Notes: generated by a model from the sequence alone, not told the origin. Shown: positions 19,677-29,229, counted from the stretch's first letter. The stretch is DNA of 64,000 nt from Pirellulales bacterium (GCA_035531595.1 DATKSN010000114.1:11186-75185); one strand, 5' to 3'. A program made the numbers and translations.

Positions 19677-20453
19677 TCAACACCACGCTTTCCACCTGCG
19701 TTTCACCAGCCAGGCTTCCGCCGTGAGAATGCTCCCGCTCTCGCTCGGCTTGATCGGGTACGCTCCCCAGGATCCGTCTCGCTGCGCATACAAGCAGGTG
19801 CCGCCGAATGATCCGGTCATGCTCGCGGCCGAAAACCAGACCAGCACCCGCGTTCGATCCCTGCTGGTCTCCACGATCTGAGGAACCCGGTGGTAGGAGT
19901 ACCACGCGGAGGGTTCCGCAATCACATCGAGTGGAAGCCGGAAATAATGGAACAGGGCATCCTGCGCGGTACAAACGGCTCCGGTGTCGGAGTAGACGAA
20001 CTTGTACTTCCCTACCCTCCTCACGGGCAGGCGGTGCAAGCCTTTTTTTGCTTTCCGAAGAACCTTGTCGACAGAACCGAGTCCGTGGAACTTCCCCTTG
20101 GTGTCGCTGGCGACGACCTTGATGAGCTTCTGTGCGGATCCTTCGGCAACTTCGTGCCAGCTTCCACTTCGGCGTTCCACTTCCAGAAGCAAAGTGCCCT
20201 TGGCAGCGGCCAGTGGCGTGATCCTTCCCAGGATTTCAGTGGCGGGTTTGCCTTCTTCTTTCAGTTCCCTTTCGAGGTAGAACCTGCCTCTCAGCGCCCG
20301 CACTTGAACACCGAGGTAAGACAAAACGGGAGAAGCGACCACAGCCCTGGTCATTGCCGCCAGGATGGTGCTTTTTTCCTTTTCGGTCAGCCGCCGTGCT
20401 TTGGGCCGGGGGATCCGCTCCGGCCAGCGATTTCGCCGCCATCTCATAGGCAT
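19677..20453 (-). CDS. Hypothetical protein, visibly lower GC
   Basis: I chose the start at MPMRWRRNRW (AAGGA upstream). No family recognised. It abuts the truncated hydrolase remnant. Confidence 0.5.
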   Translation of the reverse strand: MPMRWRRNRWPERIPRPKARRLTEKEKSTILAAMTRAVVASPVLSYLGVQVRALRGRFYLERELKEEGKPATEILGRITPLAAAKGTLLLEVERRSGSWHEVAEGSAQKLIKVVASDTKGKFHGLGSVDKVLRKAKKGLHRLPVRRVGKYKFVYSDTGAVCTAQDALFHYFRLPLDVIAEPSAWYSYHRVPQIVETSRDRTRVLVWFSAASMTGSFGGTCLYAQRDGSWGAYPIKPSESGSILTAEAWLVKRRWKAWC

Positions 20454-20625
20454 GTTCCTTTGTTGATCGCCCAGGCAATCGAAACCTGGCAGTAGGGCCT
20501 CCAGCGGATCTACTTGCGATTCGCAGCGGCCGGGCATCGCCGCATTGTAGCCAATCCGTAGTCCGTCGCCCTGGCCTATTGTGGATTCCCAAGGCCGCTC
20601 GGGGGCCGTGGGAATCCAGGCTTCC

Positions 20626-20995
20626 GGCGGAAGCGGCAAGTCGATGGGCGGCCGGAGGGCCAGCATGGTCGCCGACGAGGGGAAGGTGGCGCGCTTGCTC
20701 TGCCTTGGCTACCCGTTTCACCCGACCGGCAAGCCGGAGAGGAAGGCTTCGGGTCGAGCACCTGGCGGCCCTCAAGACGCCGACATTGATCCTGCAAGGC
20801 ACACGCGACCCGTTCGGCAGCCAGGAGGAGGTCGCCGGTTACAAGCTTTTGTCGGCGGTCCAGGTCCATTGGCTTGCGGACGGCAATCACGACTTCAAGC
20901 CGCGCCGCGCTTCCGGCCGGATCGAACATGACAATTGGACCGAGGCGCTCGACGCGATCGAGCGGTTCGTCATGGGGTTGGAGCCGGAAACCTAA
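20626..20995 (+). pseudogene. Alpha/beta hydrolase (COG3571-like) remnant: 5'-truncated and frameshifted
   Basis: GKSMGGRRASMVADEGKVARLLCLGYPFHPTGKPE is read in one frame. LRVEHLAALKTPTLILQGTRDPFGS...HWLADGNHDF is read in another. The frame switches near 20741-20748, and the whole N-terminal half is missing. Confidence 0.65.
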
Positions 20996-21335
20996 CCTAA
21001 GAGCCCATCCCAGAGCTGCCTACGGTGGCGATGCCGCCCCCCGTCCCCAGGCCCGCCATGCCATTGATTCCAGCCGGCCCACTGGAGAGCGGTTTGGCCA
21101 CCGCGGTCTGCGGGCTGGGCTGGCCGGTTGCCGCGGCGGGCGCCATCTGCTGGATCGGCGTCATCAGTTGCTGCTGGGGGCCACCGAGGTGATATCTGAT
21201 CTTGTCGAGGATCGAGCCGTGATGATGCCCTCGTAGGGGGCGGCGATCTCCTGCAGCACCAAATCGACGTTCAGCAGGGGGTCACGGACACTGTTTGCGA
21301 TCGTCTGGAGGGCCATCGGTTTGACCCGTGAGCCG

Positions 21336-21740
21336 TTAATCCGAAGCCGGAACAGATAGACCCTGCGCGACTTGTTCTCGCACGAACCGTTGATCGTCGT
21401 CGTTGAGCTTCTCGAGCGGCACGGTAACGAACCTGTTGTTGGCCTTCCTGAGTCGCACCAATTCACCTTCAAGAGCGACGAACACCGCTTCAATCTCGTG
21501 TTTGCCAGACCGATCCGCCCATTTCCTTAGCGGGCGAGCATACGCCGATTTATCCAAGGGTTCGATGTGGTCAATCATTGACTTTGGATACCGGCCGCGG
21601 CTTCCGCTTAAGCCGATGAGTACGTAGCTGTCGGTTTCATCAACGTAATCGAGAATCGGGCGGGGCTTGCCTTTCGCGAAATGAACGATGTACTTCTGTA
21701 TTGGTCGAGCATGGCGTGGGGACGCCTCCGTTTTTGGCAA
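21336..21740 (-). CDS. SHD1 (SLA1 homology domain 1) domain-containing protein
   Basis: RKWADRSGKHEIEAVFVALEGELVRLRKANNRFVTVPLEKLNDDDQRFV matches the SHD1 pattern. GC is lower than the surroundings. Confidence 0.7.
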   Translation of the reverse strand: MPKTEASPRHARPIQKYIVHFAKGKPRPILDYVDETDSYVLIGLSGSRGRYPKSMIDHIEPLDKSAYARPLRKWADRSGKHEIEAVFVALEGELVRLRKANNRFVTVPLEKLNDDDQRFVREQVAQGLSVPASD

Positions 21741-23276
21741 ATCAGGTTTATTTTGATCTCCTCGGTGTCGTTCGCCGCCTTGCTGATGCCACTAGGCTCG
21801 GGCGTCCAGCGGCACTGCTCGTCGGGACCGCCGCCGGAGCAGGTGCTGGGAAACCTCGACGCCCAGGGCCCCTCCTGCGACATCTACAGCTTGGGAGTGA
21901 TCCTGTACGAATCGCTCACGGGTCGATTGCCTTTCGAGGGCCCGTCAGGCGCCGTGATCGGCCAAATCCTGGCCGTCGAGCCGGAACCGCCGTCGAAGCA
22001 CCGCCCGACGCTTGACCCCGCGCTGGAGGCGATCTGCCTGAAGGCCATGGCGAAGCAAGCGGCGTCGCGTTTCGCGTCGATGAAGGAATTCGCAGCCGCA
22101 TTGTCGGAATACCTGCGCGGTGGGGCGGCGGCGGCGCCGTCGCCCTACCCGGTTGGGACTGACACGCGGTTGCCGCGGCCGCTCGACAGGGAATTCGCCG
22201 CGTCCGCAACAGCGGCGCCATCGGCCGACCTTCCGCAATGGTCCGAGGCGCCCACGGCCCGAATTCGAGCATTGCCATCAACGACCGGTCGCACGCGAGG
22301 TTGGAATTCGGCTCGGCGACTACGGCATTTGGCGGCCATCGCGGGACTATCGGCGGTGATCGTCGTGGTCGGGATTGGCGTCATCACGGCGCCGCGGAAG
22401 CAAGACGGTGGGGAAATGGTGAAGATGAACCCCGGCCAGATCGACCCAAAACCGCCGCCGCAGCTGGCGGCGCCACCGCTCGCCATCGCGCCGTGTACTC
22501 CGGAACAGGCGAGACAGCACCAGGAGGCCTGGGCCAAGTACCTCGGGGCGGACCCTTTCAAGACCAATTCCATCGGCATGAAGCTTGTCTTGATCCCGCC
22601 GGGGAAATTTCTCATGGGATCGCCGCCGTCGGAGGTTGGTCGCCGAGAGAACGAGCTTCAACACCGTGTGCGGATCACGAAGCCGTTTTACCTGGGCGCG
22701 TACGAGGTGACGCAGAGAGAATACCAAGCCGTGATGGGGAATAATCCAAGCTATTTTTCGCCGGAGGGCGCTGGCAAAGACGAGGCGCGCGGCCAGGACG
22801 GCAGTCAATTCCCAGTCGAAAATGTTTCGTGGGACGACGCCAACGAGTTTTGCCGCAAACTGTCGGCCATGGCCGCGGAGAAGTCGGCGCGGCGCGTCTA
22901 CCGCCTGCCGACCGAGGCGGAATGGGAATACGCCTGCCGAGCCGGCACCACGACGCCGTTCCACTTCGGTGGCCAGTGCAACGGTGCGAAGGCCAACTGC
23001 AATGGCAACTTTCCGTATGGAACGAACGTCAAGGGTCCAAACCTGGGTCGAACAGCGCAGGTCGGTTCGTACGCGCCGAACCCATTCGGCCTGGGCGACA
23101 TGCACGGGAACGTCTGGGAGTGGTGCTCTGACTCGGCCGCCGCCGGCTCCTTCCGCGTGATTCGCGGCGGTGGCTGGAACGACGTCCCTGTCGTCTGTCG
23201 TTCCGCCCGCCGCGGCAGCGTCGAGCCCGCGTACCGTGGCAACTTCATCGGTTTTCGGGTGGTTCGCGCGCGTTAG
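21681..23276 (+). CDS. FGE-sulfatase (SUMF1/formylglycine-generating-enzyme-like) domain protein retaining only the C-lobe of an N-terminal Ser/Thr kinase domain (5'-truncated)
   Basis: DIYSLGVILYESLTGRLPFEG...LKAMAKQAASRF are kinase subdomains IX-XI only. There is no GxGxxG, HRD or DFG motif. A TM segment follows (LAAIAGLSAVIVVVGIGVI), then an FGE domain (RVTKPFYLGAYEVTQREY...YRLPTEAEWEYACRAG...GNVWEWC). The first ~20 codons overlap the SHD1 gene on the other strand, so the true start is unclear. Confidence 0.65.
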   Translation: MNDVLLYWSSMAWGRLRFWQIRFILISSVSFAALLMPLGSGVQRHCSSGPPPEQVLGNLDAQGPSCDIYSLGVILYESLTGRLPFEGPSGAVIGQILAVEPEPPSKHRPTLDPALEAICLKAMAKQAASRFASMKEFAAALSEYLRGGAAAAPSPYPVGTDTRLPRPLDREFAASATAAPSADLPQWSEAPTARIRALPSTTGRTRGWNSARRLRHLAAIAGLSAVIVVVGIGVITAPRKQDGGEMVKMNPGQIDPKPPPQLAAPPLAIAPCTPEQARQHQEAWAKYLGADPFKTNSIGMKLVLIPPGKFLMGSPPSEVGRRENELQHRVRITKPFYLGAYEVTQREYQAVMGNNPSYFSPEGAGKDEARGQDGSQFPVENVSWDDANEFCRKLSAMAAEKSARRVYRLPTEAEWEYACRAGTTTPFHFGGQCNGAKANCNGNFPYGTNVKGPNLGRTAQVGSYAPNPFGLGDMHGNVWEWCSDSAAAGSFRVIRGGGWNDVPVVCRSARRGSVEPAYRGNFIGFRVVRAR

Positions 23277-23612
23277 TTCCTGCGGCCCAGTCGTCTTGTA
23301 CTCTGAATCTCTGATCTCTGTTCTCTGCAAACGGGGCGCGGGGGGCATCTCGATGGTGAATCAGATGGCGGGCTACCACGCCCCGGCGCCGCGCGAGAAA
23401 GACCCCATTGAGCTTGACTAGCAAGCAAGTTAATCCAGCGCGGTCGATTGTCAACCGTCTGAATCCGGGCGGCTTGGGCGTTGGGTGACGCGACGGCCTG
23501 AACTCTGGCGAGTCCCGCCACAGACGGTAAGCTATCCTTGACTGACCTGCCACACGCCACCGGGTCGCGCGACCACTCACTACTCACTACTCACCACTGA
23601 CCACTGCCCACC

Positions 23613-25265
23613 ATGAACACTCCCGCGATCAAGAAGCTGCGGCAAACATTGGCCGCCGACCAACCGGCGTACGGCCTGTGGGTGACGCTCGAATCGGCGA
23701 GCATCACCGAGATGGCCGTCGCCTTGGGCGTGGATTGGGTCGTGATTGACGCCGAGCACGGCCACCTCGATTGGAAAGACATCCTGGCCCACCTGCGGAC
23801 GACCGTGCGTAGCGAGACGGTGGCCTTGGTGCGGATCGCCGAGCTGAACGTGGCCCTGATCAAGCGCGCGCTCGACATCGGCGCCGACGGCGTCGTGGTG
23901 CCTTGGATCGAATCGGTCGAGCAGGTCCGGCAAGCCGTCGCTTTCGCGCACTACCCGCCCGACGGCCGGCGCGGGATCGGCGCCGAGCGGGCCACCTGCT
24001 GGGGCAGTTGCTTCGGCGCGCATGTCGCGGAGGCCGACGAACATGTGCTTGTCGTGCCGATCATCGAATCGGTACGGGCGGGGCGCGACATCGAGTCGCT
24101 CTGCCAGGTGCCGGGTGTCGAGATGTTCTTCATCGGGCCGGCCGACTACTCGTCGACGGCGGGCTATCCAGGCCAATGGGAAGGACCGGGCGTGGCCGAA
24201 CAGATCCTGCACGTCAAGGACGTCGTTCGCCGGCACGGCAAGCACTGCGGCCTGCTGGCCACCAGCAACGAAAACCTGATCGAGCGCCGCGAGCAAGGGT
24301 TCCGCGTACTGGGCCTGGGGCTCGACGGAGGCTTACTGCTGCGCAGCCTCACCGGCGCGCTGGCCACGGTGGGCCGCCAACGCCGGATTCTGCCCACGTT
24401 CGAGCCGGAAAACCAGCCGCATCCCGCGGCGGCGCTTCCCGCGGCGAGCGTGCCCGACACGATGAAGGCCGACCGGCGCGAGGCGATGAATCCGCTGCCG
24501 GCCGCGGCGCGCGTCGAGATCGAGCGCGGCGTCATCTTCCGGCCGCTGGTTGGGGCGCACAACCAGGCTCGGAACCTGACCACCGGCATCGTCAACTTCA
24601 TGCCCGGCGCCGAGTTGCCCTATCACACGCATCCGCACGCCGAGGCGGTGACCGTCTTGCAGGGGCGGCTGGCGTTCGAGGTCGAGGGACGGCGTTACGT
24701 CCTGGGCCCGCTCGACAACATCTACGTTTCCAAGGAACTGGCCCACCACGCGGCCAACCTCTCCGCCAACCAGCCGGCGGTGGTCCATATCGCGATGGCC
24801 AGCCACGCCCCCAGCCGCACGCTGGTCGAGCGCGATTTCGCTCGCCGCGAGATGGGCGACGACGCGGCCGGCGCGCCGGGCGCCGAGCGAGTCAACCGGC
24901 ATGCGACGACGGCCTGGTACGAACCCAACCCCGGCGCGCGGTTTCAGGATTTCTACAACCGCGACCTGGGCTGCCCCGAAATGAGCGGGGGCTACGGACT
25001 GTTCCAGCCCGGCGGCCGGCTGCCCTGTCACATCCACGACTTCGACGAGTCGATTTCAATCATCCAGGGCACGGCCACCTGCGTGGTCGATGGGCACCGT
25101 TACAGCCTGGCGAACCACGCCACGGCCCTCTGCCCGCGGGGAACGTGCCATTATTTCATCAACGACACGCGGGAGCCGATGGCCATGCTCTGGGTCTACG
25201 CCGGCCCCTTGCCGCAGCGGCTGGTCATGCGGGAAGCTTGTTGTCACCCGGCAAATGTAGGTTAG
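23613..25265 (+). CDS. HpcH/HpaI aldolase domain fused to a C-terminal bicupin
   Basis: N-terminal GLWVTLESASITEMAVALGVDWVVIDAEHG...IKRALDIGADGVVVPWIES is HpcH/HpaI-like. The C-terminus has two cupin motifs: LPYHTHPHAEAVTVLQG and LPCHIHDFDESISIIQG. Confidence 0.8.
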   Translation: MNTPAIKKLRQTLAADQPAYGLWVTLESASITEMAVALGVDWVVIDAEHGHLDWKDILAHLRTTVRSETVALVRIAELNVALIKRALDIGADGVVVPWIESVEQVRQAVAFAHYPPDGRRGIGAERATCWGSCFGAHVAEADEHVLVVPIIESVRAGRDIESLCQVPGVEMFFIGPADYSSTAGYPGQWEGPGVAEQILHVKDVVRRHGKHCGLLATSNENLIERREQGFRVLGLGLDGGLLLRSLTGALATVGRQRRILPTFEPENQPHPAAALPAASVPDTMKADRREAMNPLPAAARVEIERGVIFRPLVGAHNQARNLTTGIVNFMPGAELPYHTHPHAEAVTVLQGRLAFEVEGRRYVLGPLDNIYVSKELAHHAANLSANQPAVVHIAMASHAPSRTLVERDFARREMGDDAAGAPGAERVNRHATTAWYEPNPGARFQDFYNRDLGCPEMSGGYGLFQPGGRLPCHIHDFDESISIIQGTATCVVDGHRYSLANHATALCPRGTCHYFINDTREPMAMLWVYAGPLPQRLVMREACCHPANVG

Positions 25266-25341
25266 CCTTTCCAGGCGGACAGGACCGTGTGAAATGAGGC
25301 GGCGCAAACTCCCGTCAGTCTGGAAAGCCTAACCGACGTAG

Positions 25342-25358
25342 GGTGGGCACCGCCCACC
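25342..25358. repeat. Palindromic element GGTGGGCACCGCCCACC
   Basis: Reverse-complement form of the element at 8685-8701. Confidence 0.5.
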
Positions 25359-25507
25359 AACCCACGCGCGCAAGAAAGTACCGAACCGGGCGAAAACTGC
25401 TGAAGGTCGGCGACGCGCAGCCAGAGTACCTTCGGCGGCGGCACCTCCCATTATAGTTGAATGTCCACCCGCGCACAGCGTTCTTTACCGCCGACCGCTC
25501 GCGGGAT

Positions 25508-25537
25508 ACGGAACGCCACGGAGGGCGTTCCCTACAG
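25508..25537. repeat. Palindromic element ACGGAACGCCACGGAGGGCGTTCCCTACAG
   Basis: Identical to the right-hand unit at 7611-7640. Confidence 0.7.
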
Positions 25538-25609
25538 AATCGGGCTCGCGTGCCGATCTTAGCTTTGAAGAGCTTCGAAGAGAGCCGTCGCGTCAAACGG
25601 CGTAGCTCA

Positions 25610-27814
25610 CTACTTCGCCTTCGGCAATTGCTCAATCCACGCTCGGATCAGCTCGGCGGCCTGCGCATCGACGACCGACGTCGCCAAGGGCGGCATCCGG
25701 CCCTGGCCAAGTCGCGTGATCCGCTGCAAGAGCAGCGACCGATCCGGCTCGCCGGGGGCGACGAGCTTCGCCTCGGCGATTCCGAAGGCATGGTGCAGCG
25801 GGCTGACCCCGACAATGTTGGCCTTGGCAAGTTCGGTCGTGAAGGCCAACTCCATCCGGGCGTTGCCGCCGCCGTCGGTCACATGGCAATGGGAGCAGTT
25901 GGCGTGCAGGTACGACCGCGCACGGGCTTCGATCGCGGCCGTCGCGTCAGCCGGATCGGTCAGCCGCGGGTAGGCGCCGGGCGGCTGCGATAGCTTCTCC
26001 TTGAAAAGCCCGGCGTGGCTGAAGGCGCGAAGCTGGTTGTCGACCATGCCGCCGTAATCGTGGTCGCGATTCATCTGCGGCGTGGTCAGCCCAAGCACCC
26101 ACTGGGCGGCCCGCGAATGGCACATCATGCACTCGGCCCGGCTGGGAAAACGCCACCTCTGCGCGCGCTTGCCGTCCGGCGCGGCGGGGTCGGCGATCGC
26201 GTAGTCGCGGTTGGTGCCGGCCGCGTCGACCAGCGTGGCGTCGGTCTGCTCGTCGTTCCAGAGGTACGAGTATCCGTGCCATTGCCCTTCCTGCCGTGTC
26301 AGGAAACGAGTCTCGACCCGCCGCCGTGAAGCCGCATTGCCGGGCTCGAGCTGCAGCGAGAATGTTTTGACCAGCACCGTCCCCTCAGGCGAAACCCACG
26401 CGGTGTCGGCGTGGAACTCGATCGTCGAGTCGCCCGGCAGGCCCAAGAACCGCTCCTTGTACGCCCCGTCGGACCAAAGCGGCGAGTTGACCGAGTAGGA
26501 AACCAGCCACGGCGCCGGGGTGTGCTCGGCGACCGAAGCGAACACGCCCGACTCGCTCAGCTTGCGGGGAAAATCGCTCTTTGCCTTCAATGGCTCGGCG
26601 GGCGCTCGCTCAAGCTGGTACAGCTCGCCACCGATGAGATCGGCAAAATAGATGTCGCCGGCAAGGTCAGTCCCGAAGGCGAGGAACTTGATCCGCGCGC
26701 CGGCCAACTCTCCCTGCCAGGTGACTCCGCCCAGATGGTAGCGGAAGCCCCAGACGCGGCCTGTCTCATGGTCGCCGTAAAGGTAGACGCCACGCAGTTC
26801 GGGAAACCGCTCGCCGTGGTAGACGAAGCCGCCGACGATCGAGCGGAACTCGGAGTGCGGGTGTTCGACCACCGGCGGCACCAGCGGCGTCGGGCCGCGC
26901 CGGCGCTCGGCGTAGAAGGGATGGCGGCCTTCCATCACGCTCCAGCCGTAGTTGCCGCCGCGCTCGATCAGGTAGATCATCTCCCATTGGTCCTGGCCGA
27001 TGTCACCGAGCCACAGCCGGCCCGTCGTCCGGTCGAAGCTGAACCGCCACGGGTTGCGCAGCCCGTAGGCCCAGATCTCCGGCCGCGCTCCAGCCACGCC
27101 AACGAACGGATTGTCGGCCGGCACGCGGTAGGGCTGCTCGCGTGTCGCGCCTTCCACGTCGATCCGCGCCATCGTCGCCAACAGGTCGGCCAGATCCTGG
27201 CCGGTCTCCTTGGGGTCGGAGCCGCCCGTGCCGTCGCCGGCCGAGAGATAGAGATAGCCGTCAGGCCCGAAGGCCAGGTCGCCGCCGTTGTGCCCGGCCG
27301 TCTCCCATTCGAGGATCACCAGCTCGCTATCGGGCTTCACGCGCCGCGCCGGCCCGCGCTCGACCTCGTACCGCGAGAGGCGATCGGTGGGCTTTTCGGC
27401 CTTGGCGCTGTTGCCCAGCACGAACAGGTAGCCGTTCTCGGCGTAGCGCGGGTGGAACGTGAGCGAGTAGACCTCTCGGCCGCAATCGAGCAGCAGTTCG
27501 GTTTCGGCCGTTTCCTGATCATTGATGAAGGCCAGGATTTTACCGTCGCGCTGGGTGACGATGATGCGGTCGGTGTCCGGTTCGTTGGCCAGATACAGCG
27601 GCTGGTCGAACTTCAGCTTGGGGAACGCCCTCTGCACGCAGTAGGGGGGCGGCGGATCGGGCGAACCGACGACGCGCGAAGTGGTCCAGAGAGTTCGCAC
27701 GGGAAGTCCGTAGGGCGGCTCGGCGGGCTGTGCGTCGACGCGCGAGGGCAACGCGACCGCCAGGAGTGAGGCGAGGAGTGGGAAGCGAAGCAGGAGTTCT
27801 TTCAACGTCGGCAT
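25610..27814 (-). CDS. PQQ-dependent sugar dehydrogenase-like beta-propeller fused to a C-terminal di-heme cytochrome c region
   Basis: Signal peptide LLASLLAVALPSRVDAQ, the SGDH signature AYGLRNPWRFSFD...LWLGDIGQDQWE...GGNYGW, and two CxxCH motifs (CMMCH, CSHCH). Confidence 0.8.
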   Translation of the reverse strand: MPTLKELLLRFPLLASLLAVALPSRVDAQPAEPPYGLPVRTLWTTSRVVGSPDPPPPYCVQRAFPKLKFDQPLYLANEPDTDRIIVTQRDGKILAFINDQETAETELLLDCGREVYSLTFHPRYAENGYLFVLGNSAKAEKPTDRLSRYEVERGPARRVKPDSELVILEWETAGHNGGDLAFGPDGYLYLSAGDGTGGSDPKETGQDLADLLATMARIDVEGATREQPYRVPADNPFVGVAGARPEIWAYGLRNPWRFSFDRTTGRLWLGDIGQDQWEMIYLIERGGNYGWSVMEGRHPFYAERRRGPTPLVPPVVEHPHSEFRSIVGGFVYHGERFPELRGVYLYGDHETGRVWGFRYHLGGVTWQGELAGARIKFLAFGTDLAGDIYFADLIGGELYQLERAPAEPLKAKSDFPRKLSESGVFASVAEHTPAPWLVSYSVNSPLWSDGAYKERFLGLPGDSTIEFHADTAWVSPEGTVLVKTFSLQLEPGNAASRRRVETRFLTRQEGQWHGYSYLWNDEQTDATLVDAAGTNRDYAIADPAAPDGKRAQRWRFPSRAECMMCHSRAAQWVLGLTTPQMNRDHDYGGMVDNQLRAFSHAGLFKEKLSQPPGAYPRLTDPADATAAIEARARSYLHANCSHCHVTDGGGNARMELAFTTELAKANIVGVSPLHHAFGIAEAKLVAPGEPDRSLLLQRITRLGQGRMPPLATSVVDAQAAELIRAWIEQLPKAK

Positions 27815-27829
27815 CCGTACATTGGCGGC

Positions 27830-28015
27830 TTACAGGCGAGGGATTTCAAGTAGGTCGCAAATCTTCCTCGCGAGGGCCTCTCCAATTTCGCGATGCCGCG
27901 GCACCGGGGCGCGTCGTCGATTCGCCGGATTGCGGTACATGGAATGGTTCGCGCCTTGACGTAAAAGTTCGCACCCATATTTTTCCAGGTGCCGGATAAG
28001 ATCGTGCCGTTTCAT
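27830..28015 (-). CDS. hicA: Type II toxin HicA
   Basis: MKRHDLIRHLEKYGCELLRQGANHSMYRNPANRRRAPVPRHREI is canonical HicA. Its ATG overlaps the hicB stop (ATGA). Confidence 0.85.
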   Translation of the reverse strand: MKRHDLIRHLEKYGCELLRQGANHSMYRNPANRRRAPVPRHREIGEALARKICDLLEIPRL

Positions 28016-28242
28016 GTGGCGGGCACGTCGACCGTTAGGGTTTCCAAGACCGCCTCGCGCGGCGCCTCCATAGCCGCGTCCTCGCGATAGCTTTCCAGGA
28101 GCATCTCAACCACCTCCTTGATCATGGCGCGGGCCTCATTCATGTCCTTACCCTGTGTCATGGCGCCGGGCAATTCGGGCACGGTTGCCATAATCCATCC
28201 GTCTTCGATCGGCTGGTAAACTACCGTGTACTCGCGTTTCAT
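28012..28242 (-). CDS. hicB: Type II antitoxin HicB (UPF0150-like)
   Basis: MKREYTVVYQPIEDGWIMATVPELPGAMTQGKDMNEARAMIKEVVE is HicB-like. Start set at this ATG, not the longer ORF-track start. Confidence 0.8.
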   Translation of the reverse strand: MKREYTVVYQPIEDGWIMATVPELPGAMTQGKDMNEARAMIKEVVEMLLESYREDAAMEAPREAVLETLTVDVPAT

Positions 28243-28363
28243 GGTAAAACCCTCGAATGGTACGTGTGCCGCCAGTATGGAGTATACGATTGGATGTTGT
28301 GCCATTATAGGTCTCGACCCGAACTGTCGCCAGAAGTTGTTGGATAAGCCGCTGGGAGTCCGC

Positions 28364-28681
28364 ATGAGCACCGCACCGAAGCCCCGCCACCGTTGGCTCC
28401 AGTTCAAGCTGAAGACGCTGTTCATGTTGGTGGCCGTGTTGGCGGCCGGCCTGGGTTGGTTCAAATGGAAGTTGGACCGTAAGCGGAACGAGCTCGCGGC
28501 CGCCAGCAAGCTTATAGATCGTGGCGCGGTACTCTATTTGGACTTTGGCACTGACCCCAGCGACCCAAGTTTGCCGTACCGGCTATTCGGTGAGCGCTTC
28601 GGTGAGCGCTGGCCAAGCATTCGCCAAAGCAGCAGCCACACGCCGCGTGCCGCAACCTTTCGCGAGTGGTTCCTTGCGTGA
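28364..28681 (+). CDS. Probable truncated remnant of a Planctomycete-type anchored protein (N-terminal ~100 aa only)
   Basis: PRHRWLQFKLKTLFMLVAVLAAGLGWFKW...LIDRGAVLYLDF is the usual N-terminal anchor/linker. The sequence then degenerates and stops. Confidence 0.35.
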   Translation: MSTAPKPRHRWLQFKLKTLFMLVAVLAAGLGWFKWKLDRKRNELAAASKLIDRGAVLYLDFGTDPSDPSLPYRLFGERFGERWPSIRQSSSHTPRAATFREWFLA

Positions 28682-28767
28682 ACCTTTTCCTGCCCGTCGG
28701 CGCGCGAAGGCAACGCCACCGCCAGGAGCGAGGCCGTAGCGAGGGGACATGCCTCACGCTTACTGGG

Positions 28768-28974
28768 TCATAGGGGACGCGACCGCCCCGCTCGATGTTC
28801 CGCCAGCGCCCGCTCGAGCAGATCGTCCAGGCGACCGTCGCGTTCGTCCTGCGCGATCTGCTGATCCCACTGGCGCTCGGCGTACTCGACCAGCCAGGCG
28901 CGCACCTGGGCCACCTGCTCGGGCGACAATTGCGCAATGGCCGTGGTGATTGCCTCGACGGTATTCATGGACAT
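28768..28974 (-). CDS. Orphan ParD/Phd-like antitoxin-type small protein
   Basis: LSPEQVAQVRAWLVEYAERQWDQQIAQDERDGRLDDLLERALAEHRAG resembles addiction-module antitoxins. I could find no toxin ORF downstream. Confidence 0.55.
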   Translation of the reverse strand: MSMNTVEAITTAIAQLSPEQVAQVRAWLVEYAERQWDQQIAQDERDGRLDDLLERALAEHRAGRSRPL

Positions 28975-28975
28975 T

Positions 28976-29104
28976 CTAGTCCTGTCGTTTCTTGGCCGTG
29001 GTGGTAGCGACCACTAGGATCGTTCCGATAGCCAAGACGAGTAGACCGAGTCCGATCGCGGCGTAAGGTAGCAACCAGCTTTGGAACGCTTCTTGGGGAG
29101 TCAT
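28976..29104 (-). CDS. Possible 42-aa single-TM peptide
   Basis: My own translation is MTPQEAFQSWLLPYAAIGLGLLVLAIGTILVVATTTAKKRQD. Its stop lies 1 nt before the ATG of 28768-28974. It is below the ORF-track size cutoff. Confidence 0.25.
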   Translation of the reverse strand: MTPQEAFQSWLLPYAAIGLGLLVLAIGTILVVATTTAKKRQD

Positions 29105-29229
29105 CCCGGAGAACTCCGAGGGTCTAATGTTAGTCCGGATTATTCATGGTCAGGGGGAACAGCGGGCAGCAGGAAGAACAACCTCCAAACTACCCACGAG
29201 CCACCTGCCCGTCCAGCACCTCAATAGGT

